A stretch of DNA of 64,000 nt, from the NCBI GenBank assembly GCA_017512365.1, contig JAFWGQ010000001.1, positions 30,863 through 94,862 on the forward strand, in the 5' to 3' direction. This DNA is from Mogibacterium sp. Its GTDB lineage: Bacteria > Bacillota > Clostridia > Peptostreptococcales > Anaerovoracaceae. This document shows, piece after piece, positions 35,842 to 46,045 of this stretch. The translations under genes were made by a program, and so were the position numbers. Each line of letters opens with the position of its first letter. Position 1 is the stretch's first letter. The notes below the pieces were generated by a model, which searched no databases, was not told the DNA's origin, and was given only the letters and a program-made list of their open reading frames with translations.

Positions 35842-38055
35842 ATGAGCATTCGCTATGTGAAGGAAAGCGGACAGCTTATACTCGAGACTGCAGGGACCGC
35901 GTATCATATGAAGATCGACGGTCACGGATATCTGCAGCATCTTTATTACGGAGCGGGGACCGGACATGAGGACCTGTCGTATATGTACAGGACCTATGAC
36001 CGGGGCTTTTCGGGAAACCCCTACGAGCTGCGGGATGACCGGACATACTCGCTCGACTCGATGCCGCAGGAATACACATCCTTCGGGGTCGGGGATTTTC
36101 GTGTGAACAGCATCGCCGCGTCCTGCTCGGACGGGAGCCGGTGCGCCGAATTCAGGTATATGTCGCACGAGATCAGCGAAGGCAAGTACAGCATACCGGG
36201 ACTGCCGTCGGTATACGATAACGGAGACACGGCCGAGACTCTTACGGTGAACCTCATGGACAACGCGGCCAACATCATGGTCAGGCTGCATTATGCCGTG
36301 TTCGAGGAGCTGGATATAATAACCAGGGCTGCGGAGATAGTCAATGCGGGGCCCGGCACGGTGTGGCTCAGAAAGGCTTCATCGGCGTGCCTCGAGCTGC
36401 CTTTCGGCAGATGGGACATGATCCATTTTCACGGGAGGCACTGCATGGAGCGCCAGCCTGAGAGGGTGCCGCTTTTTCACGGGATACATACGCTGTCATC
36501 GGGACGCGGCATGTCAGGCCATCAGCATAATCCTTTCGTCATACTGTGCGACAGGGACGCGACGGAAGACAGCGGGACCTGCTACGGTATGATGCTGGTG
36601 TACTCGGGCAGCCACAGGACGGAGATAGAGCTCGACCAGTTCGACTGCGTGCGCGCGGTAATGGGCCTCAATGATGACAGGTTCCGCTGGGAGCTCGGAC
36701 CGGGCGAATCGTTCCACACTCCCGAGGTGATACTCAGCTGCGCAGAGGGGCTGACGCAGCTTTCGCACAGGTTCCACCGCGTGATACGGAACAACATCGT
36801 GCGCGGTCGCTTCAGATACGGCCACCGCCCGGTGCTTGTGAACAACTGGGAAGCGACATATTTCGACTTCACTGAAGAGAAACTCCTGGTCATCGCCCGC
36901 AGGGCGGCAGAGATCGGGACTGAGCTGTTCGTCCTGGATGACGGATGGTTCAGAAACAGAAACGACGACAACGCAGGGCTCGGAGACTGGGCCCCGGATG
37001 AGAACAAGCTGCCGGGAGGTCTTGAGAGCCTGATCGAAAAGATAAAATCAATGGGGCTGGACTTCGGTCTGTGGATCGAGCCCGAGATGGTGAGCGAGGA
37101 CTCGGATCTTTACCGCGCTCATCCGGACTGGGCGCTGACGGCTCCGGGACGCGCTCCGATGATGGCGCGCAATCAGCTGGTGCTCGACATGTCGAGAAGA
37201 GAGGTCATCGAGTATCTCTATGAAACGATATCCGGGCTGCTTGAGCGCTATGATATAAGTTATATCAAATGGGACTTCAACAGGCCTATATCCGATATAT
37301 ACTCGCACTCGCTGCCTTCGGCCAGACAGGGTGAGGTGCCTCACCGCTACTACCTTGGACTCTACGAGCTTTACGAGAGGCTCGTCACGGCATTCCCGGA
37401 TGTCCTCTTTGAGGGCTGCGCGGGCGGAGGCGGCCGCTTCGATGCGGGCATGCTGTTCTACTCTCCTCAGATCTGGTGCTCGGACAATACCGACCCGGTC
37501 TCGCGCCTGATGATACAGTACGGCACATCCTTCGGCTACCCGCCGTCATGCATGGGAGCGCATGTAAGCGCATCGCCTAATCATCAGACCGGCCGCAGCA
37601 CTCCTCTGTCTACGAGGGCAACAGTGGCGATGGCCGGGAGCTTCGGTTATGAGCTCGACCTGACGAAACTCACCGGCAGCGAGTGCGAAGAGATAAAAGA
37701 GCAGATCAGGCTGCACAGGAAGATAGAGCCGCTGGTCCACGAGGGCCTGCTCTACCGGCTGAGCAGCGCTGATGAGAGTTCGCGCTTCGTCATATGGGAG
37801 AACGTCAGTCCGGACAGGTCCGAGGCTCTTCTGAGCATAGTCGTGACCGATCCGAAGGCGAACGGAGCTCCGGTACATATAAAACTGAAGGGGCTTGATC
37901 CCGCCGGCGTGTACTCTGTCGGCGGCGAGATCGAATGCACGGGCATGGCGCTCATGCAGAGCGGATACACCTTCGAGCGGCTGACAGGAGACTATCCGTC
38001 GCGGCAGATACTGATCCGCAGGACGGATATGAAAGAGAAAGATGATAAGCAGTGA
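35842..38055 (+). CDS. Alpha-galactosidase, GH36
   Basis: GH36 signatures YIKWDFN and FEGCAGGGGRFD, about 737 aa. ATG 35842 was chosen over the ORF-track start 35782. Confidence 0.9.
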   Translation: MSIRYVKESGQLILETAGTAYHMKIDGHGYLQHLYYGAGTGHEDLSYMYRTYDRGFSGNPYELRDDRTYSLDSMPQEYTSFGVGDFRVNSIAASCSDGSRCAEFRYMSHEISEGKYSIPGLPSVYDNGDTAETLTVNLMDNAANIMVRLHYAVFEELDIITRAAEIVNAGPGTVWLRKASSACLELPFGRWDMIHFHGRHCMERQPERVPLFHGIHTLSSGRGMSGHQHNPFVILCDRDATEDSGTCYGMMLVYSGSHRTEIELDQFDCVRAVMGLNDDRFRWELGPGESFHTPEVILSCAEGLTQLSHRFHRVIRNNIVRGRFRYGHRPVLVNNWEATYFDFTEEKLLVIARRAAEIGTELFVLDDGWFRNRNDDNAGLGDWAPDENKLPGGLESLIEKIKSMGLDFGLWIEPEMVSEDSDLYRAHPDWALTAPGRAPMMARNQLVLDMSRREVIEYLYETISGLLERYDISYIKWDFNRPISDIYSHSLPSARQGEVPHRYYLGLYELYERLVTAFPDVLFEGCAGGGGRFDAGMLFYSPQIWCSDNTDPVSRLMIQYGTSFGYPPSCMGAHVSASPNHQTGRSTPLSTRATVAMAGSFGYELDLTKLTGSECEEIKEQIRLHRKIEPLVHEGLLYRLSSADESSRFVIWENVSPDRSEALLSIVVTDPKANGAPVHIKLKGLDPAGVYSVGGEIECTGMALMQSGYTFERLTGDYPSRQILIRRTDMKEKDDKQ

Positions 38056-39688
38056 ACTGAAAAAGGCAAGGGAATTCGAAGAAAGAGAAGGCCGGCTCAT
38101 CAGCGAAGAAGAGCGTCCGGTCTTTCATTTCAGTCCCCGAACCGGATGGCTCAATGACCCGAACGGCTTTTCATATCATGACGGAAAGTACCATCTTTTC
38201 TACCAGTACCATCCATACGACTCACACTGGGGTCCGATGCACTGGGGCCATGCCGTAAGCGATGATCTCATCGGCTGGGAATACCTTCCGTGCGCCATAG
38301 CGCCGGATCAGCCGTATGACGGTGCGGGATGCTTCTCGGGCTCGGCGCTCACGCTGCCTGACGGCAGACAGCTGCTGATGTATACCGGCTGCTCCGCGGT
38401 CGAGACGGATTACTCCGGAAGATGGAAGCAGACGCAGTGCCTTGCGGTATCCGCCGGAGACGGATCCTTCGAAAAATACGAAGGCAATCCTGTCATAACA
38501 GACAGAGACCTTCCTCCCGGGGGAGATCCTTACGAGTTCAGGGACCCGTATATCTGGCAGGAGAGGGACGGCAGCTACAGAGCCGTCGCGGCGAACGCCC
38601 GCACGGGAAGCGCGGCGAAAGATTCCGGCCCTGCTGCTGAGGGTCAGACTCAGCGCCCTGAGATCCGGACCGACGCCCCGGATGTCCGGGGAGGGACACA
38701 GCTCTGTCTGTACAGGAGCGATGACGGCTTCAGATGGAGCTTCGATAAGGTGCTCTATGAAGACAGGCGACGTCTCGGCATAATGTGGGAATGCCCGAAC
38801 TTCTTCTCTCTGGACGGAAGATATGTGCTCATAGCGAGTCCGATGGACATGGAGATGGAGGATGCCGAAGGATCCGTGAGGTTCCCTAAAGGCAATAACG
38901 TCTGTTATATCATCGGGAGCTATGGCACAAAGAAAGAGATATTCGATGTGCGCCAGTCGGCTTCTCATGAGGGAGCGGCCCGCGGTTCCGTGGCGACCTA
39001 TCATCCCGTGGACTGCGGCCTCGATTTCTATGCGCCGCAGGTGATGAAAGCTCCGGACGGAAGGCGTATAATGATAGCGTGGATGCAGGACCCGAGCACG
39101 GCAAATCTGCACGGAAAAGAGGACTTCAGGATCTTCGGGCAGATGACGGTGCCGAGAGAGCTCAGGCTCAGGAACGACAGGCTCATCCAGTGGCCGGTCA
39201 GAGAGATCGAAGACCGGCGCAGCGGTCAGACGGTCTCCTCGAGCATGGACATGGATTCAGAGACCAGGACAGTCGAAGGCATCAGCGGGCGCGTGCTCGA
39301 CATGGAGATAGAGATCAGCCCGAGATCGGTGTCCGCGGCAGGCATGTGTTCTCTCGAAGAATTCACCATCGGATTCGCCCGGGACTATGAACACTGCGTA
39401 AGCCTGACCTACAGGCCGGACAGCTCTGTGCTCACCATAGACAGGAGCGGGTCCGGGCAGGCCGAAACCATGACAAAACGAAGGAGCATACGCGTAAGGG
39501 ACAGGAGGGGACACATAAGCCTGAGGATACTTCTGGACAGATGGAGCGCCGAGGTCTTCATCAACGGCGGAGAACAGGCGATGTCCGTCACGTTCTACAC
39601 GCCTCTGACGGCTCAGGACATAAGCTTCAGTTCTGAAGGAAGCGCCATACTGGATGTGACGGCGTATAAAATAAGAGAGGACATGTGA
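38042..39688 (+). CDS. GH32 beta-fructofuranosidase / sucrose-6-phosphate hydrolase
   Basis: WLNDPNG, FRDP and WECP catalytic blocks. It carries a low-complexity insertion of about 35 aa (GSAAKDSGPAAEGQTQRPEIRTDAPDV). Confidence 0.85.
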   Translation: MISSELKKAREFEEREGRLISEEERPVFHFSPRTGWLNDPNGFSYHDGKYHLFYQYHPYDSHWGPMHWGHAVSDDLIGWEYLPCAIAPDQPYDGAGCFSGSALTLPDGRQLLMYTGCSAVETDYSGRWKQTQCLAVSAGDGSFEKYEGNPVITDRDLPPGGDPYEFRDPYIWQERDGSYRAVAANARTGSAAKDSGPAAEGQTQRPEIRTDAPDVRGGTQLCLYRSDDGFRWSFDKVLYEDRRRLGIMWECPNFFSLDGRYVLIASPMDMEMEDAEGSVRFPKGNNVCYIIGSYGTKKEIFDVRQSASHEGAARGSVATYHPVDCGLDFYAPQVMKAPDGRRIMIAWMQDPSTANLHGKEDFRIFGQMTVPRELRLRNDRLIQWPVREIEDRRSGQTVSSSMDMDSETRTVEGISGRVLDMEIEISPRSVSAAGMCSLEEFTIGFARDYEHCVSLTYRPDSSVLTIDRSGSGQAETMTKRRSIRVRDRRGHISLRILLDRWSAEVFINGGEQAMSVTFYTPLTAQDISFSSEGSAILDVTAYKIREDM

Positions 39689-39758
39689 GCAGGCTGTCAG
39701 AGATCATCAGGACTGAAAAACGGTTCACAGCATAAGGATAACAGGAAAGAGGCATAAG

Positions 39759-40736
39759 ATGGAAAAGCATGCAGACATAATAACGCTCGGAGAGCTGCTG
39801 ATCGACCTGACGCAGAAGGGAAGCGACGAAAACGGCAACGGTGAATTCACCGCATATCCGGGAGGAGCCCCGGCTAACGTTGCCGTGGCTGCGGCGAGGC
39901 TCGGAGCGGGCGCTGCCTTCATCGGCAAGGTAGGCGACGACGCTTTCGGAAGATCGCTTGCAGATACGCTGAAAAAAGAAAATGTCGATACTTCCGGCCT
40001 GTATGCAAGCAAAGAAGTGCCGACGACGCTTGCCATAGTATCGGTCGACGCATCGGGCGAGAGGGACTTCTCGTTTTACAGGGATCCGGGAGCGGACACT
40101 CAGCTGACAGAAGAGGAGGCCGTGAGAGCGGTCAAACAGAACGAGTCGGCAAAGATATTCCACGTAGGATCTCTTTCGATGACGACATCGCCTGCCAGGG
40201 AAGCCTGCGAAAAAGCGGTGAAATACGCAAAGGGAAAAGGCATGCTCATAAGCTACGACCCTAATTACCGCGCGGCTCTCTGGGACAGCGAAGAGAGGGC
40301 AGTAAAGATGATGAAGGTCCTGATGCCATTCACAGATATCCTAAAGGTCTCGGATGAGGAGATGCTGATGCTCACAGGCACGAACGATTTCAAGGAGGGC
40401 AGCCGCATCCTCAGAGACATGGGCGAAGGCGAGGAAGGCATCGCCCTAGTGATGATCACTCTGGGAGCCGAGGGAGTCTTCGTCAGAAGAGGCGAAGACA
40501 TCGCTGCTCTGCCGGGCTTCAGAGTGAAGGTCGCAGATACGAACGGAGCGGGCGACACATTCCTCGGAGCGATGCTCATGCAGCTGGCAAATGAGGATGA
40601 GCTGCCTGCAGGCATGGACTGGGAGAAACTCAAAGTTATGATCACATATTCCAACAGAGCCGCTTCGGTCACTTGCTCGAGGCACGGAGCAATTCCTGCC
40701 ATGCCGACAGCAGACGAACTTGCAGCGCTCAGATGA
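39759..40736 (+). CDS. PfkB-family carbohydrate kinase (fructokinase-like)
   Basis: GGAPANVAVAAARLG and DTNGAGDTFLGA motifs, within a sucrose-locus context. Confidence 0.85.
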   Translation: MEKHADIITLGELLIDLTQKGSDENGNGEFTAYPGGAPANVAVAAARLGAGAAFIGKVGDDAFGRSLADTLKKENVDTSGLYASKEVPTTLAIVSVDASGERDFSFYRDPGADTQLTEEEAVRAVKQNESAKIFHVGSLSMTTSPAREACEKAVKYAKGKGMLISYDPNYRAALWDSEERAVKMMKVLMPFTDILKVSDEEMLMLTGTNDFKEGSRILRDMGEGEEGIALVMITLGAEGVFVRRGEDIAALPGFRVKVADTNGAGDTFLGAMLMQLANEDELPAGMDWEKLKVMITYSNRAASVTCSRHGAIPAMPTADELAALR

Positions 40737-40785
40737 TATCAGATGACGGAAAGATCACAGCAACAGTAGCAGCATAGGAAGAAAA

Positions 40786-42711
40786 GTGAAAAAAGAAAAG
40801 ACAGCTGATAAAAAGACCAGAAACAATAAAACCGCTGAAGCCGGCAAGGGCGATGCAAAGAAGCGCCGCTCCGTCTTCAAGGAGAGGCTGGCGGAGCATT
40901 GGGATGAGCTGAAATGGCTCTATATGGAGATCTATGACGATGAGCAGGCGTTCGAATACTTCGTCAGCATGCTGAAGCGCAACTACAGCGAGCGCAGGAA
41001 GACTCTCAGAGGAGTCGATGCCAGGCGTGTGGGCAACGCCCTCATACATCACTCGAACAGGATGATGGGCATGATGCTGTATACGGAGAACTTCGCGGGA
41101 GATCTGAACGGAGTCAGGGAAAAGCTCGAGTACTTCAGGGAGTGCGGAGTAAAGTACATCCACCTCATGCCGCTTCTGGACACTCCGGAAGACAGGAGCA
41201 GGAGCGACGGAGGCTATGCTGTGTCCGACTTCAGAAGGGTGAGACCGGACCTCGGCACGATGAAGGATCTCGAGACGCTGACGGCAGCCTGCCACAGAAG
41301 GGGCATACGGGTATGCCTCGATCTCGTGATGAACCATACGAGCGATGAGCATGAATGGGCAAAGGCGGCCAGGGCTGGCGATCCGACTGCTCAGGCAAGA
41401 TACTTCTTCTATGACAGCTGGGACATACCGCAGCAGTATGAAGATACTATGCCGGAGGTGTTCCCGGAGACGGCCCCGGGCAATTTCACATATCTCACCG
41501 ACATAAACAGGATAGTCATGACGACCTTCTATCCGTTCCAGTGGGATCTTAATTACGCCAATCCGATGGTCTTCAACGACATGACGGACAACATGCTCTA
41601 TCTTGCGAACCGCGGGGTGGACATAATAAGGCTGGACGCCGTGCCTTACATCTGGAAGCAGATCGGAACAAACTGCCGCAATCTGCCGCAGGTTCACAAA
41701 CTGACGCGTATTCTCAATATCGCGTGCAGGATAGTCTGCCCGAGCGTGCTGCTGCTCGGCGAGGTCGTGATGGAGCCGAACAAGGTCGTGCCGTACTTCG
41801 GAACGGCTGAGAAGCCGGAATGCGACATGCTGTACAATGTCACGACGATGGCGACCATCTGGCATACTCTGGCGACAAAGGACGTCAGGCTTCTGAGACA
41901 TCAGCTCGAGGAGATAGCCGGACTTCCGCCGAATTGCATATTCCAGAATTATCTGAGGTGCCACGACGATATCGGCTGGGGACTCGACTACGGGTATCTC
42001 GGCTGGTTCGGGATCAGGGAGGCGAGCCACAAAAAATTCCTCAATGACTGGTTCACAGGCAGATGGGGAGTGAGCCCTTCAAGAGGCGAGCTGTACAACG
42101 ACTCGGAAAGGCTTGCGGACGCAAGGCTGTGCGGTACGACAGCGTCCCTCTGCGGCGTTGAATCCGCACTGTACGGGGGCAATGAGGAAGCGCTTGAGCG
42201 GGCGATAGCGGCTGATGTGATGCTTCATGCCTGCATGCTTACTCTCAGGGGCATACCTGTTCTGTACAGCGGCGATGAAGTGGGCAAGCTAAATGACTAC
42301 ACCTACCACGATGATCCCGCCAGATGGGCTGACAGCCGCAACATACACAGGGGAAAGCTGGACTGGGATAAGTCGGATCAGAGACACGACATGTCGACTC
42401 CGGCCGGAAAAATATTCAGCGCGATACAGCAGCTCATTCTGATCAGAAAATACAACGACATATTCCATTCCGATGCAAAGCTCAGCCCGGTGGACGCCGG
42501 TGACGACAGGGTGCTCGGCCTGGTCAGGTCGTACGAAGGAAAGCGTATGCTCGGACTGTTCAATTTCTCTCCCGATCATGTGACGATCAGGATCGAAAAC
42601 ACCGACAGGACCGACATGACCGATCCGGTCCGGAGATATGAACGGGGCAGCGGCAAAACGATCGAATACATTATGGAGCCGTACGGTTTCCGCTGGCTGA
42701 TGGAGAAATAG
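40786..42711 (+). CDS. GH13 alpha-amylase-family enzyme, amylosucrase-like
   Basis: GVKYIHLMPLL, DLVMNHTS, IIRLDAVPYIW, LLLGEV and YLRCHDDIGW (GH13 regions I-IV). GTG start and a Lys-rich N-terminal extension. Confidence 0.75.
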   Translation: MKKEKTADKKTRNNKTAEAGKGDAKKRRSVFKERLAEHWDELKWLYMEIYDDEQAFEYFVSMLKRNYSERRKTLRGVDARRVGNALIHHSNRMMGMMLYTENFAGDLNGVREKLEYFRECGVKYIHLMPLLDTPEDRSRSDGGYAVSDFRRVRPDLGTMKDLETLTAACHRRGIRVCLDLVMNHTSDEHEWAKAARAGDPTAQARYFFYDSWDIPQQYEDTMPEVFPETAPGNFTYLTDINRIVMTTFYPFQWDLNYANPMVFNDMTDNMLYLANRGVDIIRLDAVPYIWKQIGTNCRNLPQVHKLTRILNIACRIVCPSVLLLGEVVMEPNKVVPYFGTAEKPECDMLYNVTTMATIWHTLATKDVRLLRHQLEEIAGLPPNCIFQNYLRCHDDIGWGLDYGYLGWFGIREASHKKFLNDWFTGRWGVSPSRGELYNDSERLADARLCGTTASLCGVESALYGGNEEALERAIAADVMLHACMLTLRGIPVLYSGDEVGKLNDYTYHDDPARWADSRNIHRGKLDWDKSDQRHDMSTPAGKIFSAIQQLILIRKYNDIFHSDAKLSPVDAGDDRVLGLVRSYEGKRMLGLFNFSPDHVTIRIENTDRTDMTDPVRRYERGSGKTIEYIMEPYGFRWLMEK

Positions 42712-42725
42712 ACAGGGTAAGTATA

Positions 42726-43973
42726 ATGTCAAACATGAATGAAACGCCTGCAGGCGAGAGAGTGCATATAGGTTTTTTCGGGAGAAGGAATGCGGGCAAG
42801 TCCAGCGTGGTGAATGCGGTGACCGGTCAGGAGCTTGCCGTGGTCTCGGATGTGAAAGGGACCACGACGGATCCTGTAAGCAAGGCGATGGAGATACTGC
42901 CGCTCGGACCTGTAGTCGTTATCGACACGCCGGGTTTCGACGATGAGGGCGGTCTTGGAGAGAAGAGAGTCGCCCAGGCGAGGAAGATACTCGGCAGGAC
43001 GGACATCGCCGTTCTGGTCATAGACGCGTCGGAAGGGCTGAAGAAGACCGACGGGGAACTCGCCGGTCTGTTCAGGGAAAGGAAGATACCGTTCCTGGTC
43101 GCTCTTAACAAAAGCGATATCGCAGAGGATTCGGAAGACCATGTGCTGGATGAAGAGGAGCCGGGACTCCTGCAGAGCGTTGCGGCGGGCAGCCAGGGGA
43201 TGGTACATGTCAGCGCGCTTTCGGGCGACGGGATATACGAACTGAGGGAGCGCATCGCAGCCCTCAGACCTGAAGGCAGCGACACAAGGCTCGTTGCGGA
43301 CAAGATAAAAGCGGGCGATCTTATCGTACTGGTCGTTCCGATCGACAAGGCCGCGCCGAAGGGAAGGCTCATACTGCCTCAGCAGCAGACGATAAGGGAC
43401 ATACTCGACGCCGGAGCGGCTTCTGTTGTCGTAAGAGACTCCGAGCTTGAGGAAACTCTGGCAGGTCTCGGAAGGAAGCCGGATCTTGTAATAACGGATT
43501 CACAGGTGTTCGGCAGGGTAGACAGCATCGTGCCGGAAGATGTGCCTCTGACATCGTTCTCGATACTGATGGCAAGGTACAAGGGCCTGCTGGATGAGGC
43601 TGTCAGGGGCGTGACGGCCGTCAGGGACCTGAAGGACGGAGACAGGATCCTTATAGCCGAAGGCTGCACCCATCACAGGCAGTGCGGCGACATAGGCACG
43701 GTCAAGATACCGAAGTGGCTCGATGATCATACGGGAAGGAAACTCGTATACGAGACCGCGAGCGGCACGGGATTTCCGGAAGACCTCAGCGGATACGCGC
43801 TCGTCGTGCACTGCGGCGGCTGCATGCTGAACGAAAAGGAAGTGACCAGACGTACCGGACAGGCAGCGGATCAGGGAGTCCCGATCACGAATTACGGAAC
43901 GCTGATCGCGTATCTGCACGGCATACTCGGCCGCAGCCTTGAGATATTCCCGGAATACAGGGGAATGCTGTAG
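42726..43973 (+). CDS. hydF: [FeFe]-hydrogenase maturation GTPase HydF
   Basis: GRRNAGKSS P-loop, VSDVKGTTTDPV, DTPGFDD, and the C-terminal Fe-S ligand motifs EGCTHH and HCGGC. Confidence 0.85.
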   Translation: MSNMNETPAGERVHIGFFGRRNAGKSSVVNAVTGQELAVVSDVKGTTTDPVSKAMEILPLGPVVVIDTPGFDDEGGLGEKRVAQARKILGRTDIAVLVIDASEGLKKTDGELAGLFRERKIPFLVALNKSDIAEDSEDHVLDEEEPGLLQSVAAGSQGMVHVSALSGDGIYELRERIAALRPEGSDTRLVADKIKAGDLIVLVVPIDKAAPKGRLILPQQQTIRDILDAGAASVVVRDSELEETLAGLGRKPDLVITDSQVFGRVDSIVPEDVPLTSFSILMARYKGLLDEAVRGVTAVRDLKDGDRILIAEGCTHHRQCGDIGTVKIPKWLDDHTGRKLVYETASGTGFPEDLSGYALVVHCGGCMLNEKEVTRRTGQAADQGVPITNYGTLIAYLHGILGRSLEIFPEYRGML

Positions 43974-44067
43974 ACGTGCGGAAACTATATCAGTGATTGG
44001 AGTTTTACTTTTCCGTTTCTATAGAGTATTCGATTTCCAAGTGATACAATAACAATTAAGAATCCAG

Positions 44068-44096
44068 ACTGTATGTGATAAACATACAGTTTTTTA
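44068..44096 (+). terminator. Rho-independent terminator after hydF
   Basis: ACTGTATGT-gataa-ACATACAGT followed by TTTTT. Confidence 0.8.
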
Positions 44097-44146
44097 TACA
44101 GATAGGCATTGGAAAATATAGGGACAGCTGACAGAAAGGGTGTTAA

Positions 44147-45844
44147 ATGAGAAAGTATAAGTGCAAATACGATATCGAGTTCCAGGACCTGAAGGAGATA
44201 ATGGATTTTGTTGCCGACAAGTACGGCGACAACATCGGTTTTATCTACAAGAACGAGGACAGGACGAGCAAGACCGAGATCACATATAAAAAGTTCAGGG
44301 AGGATCTCGACGCTGTCGGAGCGTATCTGCTGAGCAAGGGGCTCAAGGGCAGGCGCATTGTCGTCATCGGACCGAACTCCTACCAGTGGCTGGTTGCCTA
44401 CTACGCAGTCGTGATCAACGTCGGGACCGTCGTTCCTCTCGACAGGGGCCTGCCTGAGGAGGAGATCATCAACTCGCTCGTCAAATGCAAGGCCGATGCG
44501 ATCATCTATGATGAAAGCCTCAAAATGGACTTCGGGGGCATAATAAAGAAAGAAGGCGTTGCCGCAAAGACGCTGATCCCTATGAGCGATTTCACTCAGG
44601 AAAAGATGCCTGAGCTTGCGGCGATGATCAAAAAGTACAGACCTGAATTCAAGGTGATCGACAAGCACGCCACGGACATCATCGTTTTCACTTCGGGCAC
44701 GTCTGCGGACGCGAAGGCTGCCCAGCTGTCGCAGCGCAATATCGCTTCGACGATAGCCGCGATGAGAAAGGTGGAGCCTATCTTCGAGGATGATGTGGAG
44801 ATGATACTCCTGCCGCTCCATCATGTATTCGGCAATCAGGGCGTACTGATGTTCATCAGCAACGGCTGCACGAATGTTTTCTGCAGCGGACTCAAATACG
44901 TACAGAAAGAGCTGAAAGAATACGGCGTGACCGCGTTCTTCTGCGTGCCTCTGATCATCGAGTCGATGATCAACAAGGTCCTGAAGACAGCCGAAAAGGA
45001 AGGCAAGCTTGAAAAACTCGAGACGGGACGGAAGATATCGAAGGCTCTGATGAAAGTCGGCATCGATGTGAGGCGCAGGTTATTCAAGGATGTCATCGAC
45101 GGACTGGGCGGCAGGCTGAGGTTCCTCATAAGCGGGGCAGCGGGGCTCGATCTGAAGATACTCGAGTACGCCACGGACTTCGGCATCCTCACAGTTCAGG
45201 GCTACGGACTTACTGAGACATCACCGACCATCGCGTCCGAGAGCTACTTCTACCGCAAGGCGGGCTCTGTGGGACACGCCATGCCTGGTGTCGAGGTCAT
45301 GATAAACGATCCGGACGAGAACGGCATCGGAGAACTCTTCGCGCAGGGGCCTAACATCATGAAGGGATATCTGGACGACGACAAGGCAAATGCCGAAGTC
45401 TTCGTCAACGGATGGTTCAATACGGGTGATCTGGCGCGCATCGACGATGAGGGGTACATATTCCTCACGGGACGAAAGAAGAACGTCATCGTGCTCAAGA
45501 ACGGCAAGAACATCTATCCAGAAGAGATAGAGCCGCTGATCGACAAGATCCCTTATGTGGTCGAGAGCGTAGTGATGGGAGAAGAGGATGGAGACGACTA
45601 CAGGCTTGTGGCCCACGTAGTATATGATCCTGAGGCCGAAGAGGTTCAGGGCAAGACCGAAGAGTATATCCAGACTATGGTGGACGCCGATGTCGAGCTG
45701 ATCAGCAGGGAAATGCCGAGCTTCAAGCGCATCAAGCAGGTATATCTCAGGACCGAGCCGTTCGAAAAGACGACCACGCAGAAGATCAAGCGCCGCACGA
45801 TAGAGACGGGCAAAAAGAAAAAACCGGGAAATAAAAAGAGCTGA
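44147..45844 (+). CDS. AMP-dependent synthetase/ligase (long-chain acyl-CoA synthetase-like)
   Basis: AMP-binding motifs IIVFTSGTSADAK, QGYGLTETS, TGDLARIDDEGY and GRKKNVIVLKNGKNIYPEEIE. Confidence 0.85.
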   Translation: MRKYKCKYDIEFQDLKEIMDFVADKYGDNIGFIYKNEDRTSKTEITYKKFREDLDAVGAYLLSKGLKGRRIVVIGPNSYQWLVAYYAVVINVGTVVPLDRGLPEEEIINSLVKCKADAIIYDESLKMDFGGIIKKEGVAAKTLIPMSDFTQEKMPELAAMIKKYRPEFKVIDKHATDIIVFTSGTSADAKAAQLSQRNIASTIAAMRKVEPIFEDDVEMILLPLHHVFGNQGVLMFISNGCTNVFCSGLKYVQKELKEYGVTAFFCVPLIIESMINKVLKTAEKEGKLEKLETGRKISKALMKVGIDVRRRLFKDVIDGLGGRLRFLISGAAGLDLKILEYATDFGILTVQGYGLTETSPTIASESYFYRKAGSVGHAMPGVEVMINDPDENGIGELFAQGPNIMKGYLDDDKANAEVFVNGWFNTGDLARIDDEGYIFLTGRKKNVIVLKNGKNIYPEEIEPLIDKIPYVVESVVMGEEDGDDYRLVAHVVYDPEAEEVQGKTEEYIQTMVDADVELISREMPSFKRIKQVYLRTEPFEKTTTQKIKRRTIETGKKKKPGNKKS

Positions 45845-45860
45845 CACAGTCAGCGTCAGG

Positions 45861-45890
45861 ACCGGGACTCATTCAGAGACCCGGTTTTGT
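45861..45890 (+). terminator. Probable terminator
   Basis: ACCGGG ... CCCGGT stem followed by TTTTG. Confidence 0.5.
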
Positions 45891-46045
45891 ATTGTGCAAA
45901 TCTATTGATGCATGCAATAGATGAGGCGCCCGCGATAGATTTTATCAATTGTTACGGCGCCTTTTGCGGATAGTAAAATAACTGTGTACGTACAGTCACT
46001 ACAGACTGTACAAGTCAGATTTTTAGAGCAAGGGAGAATTATATT

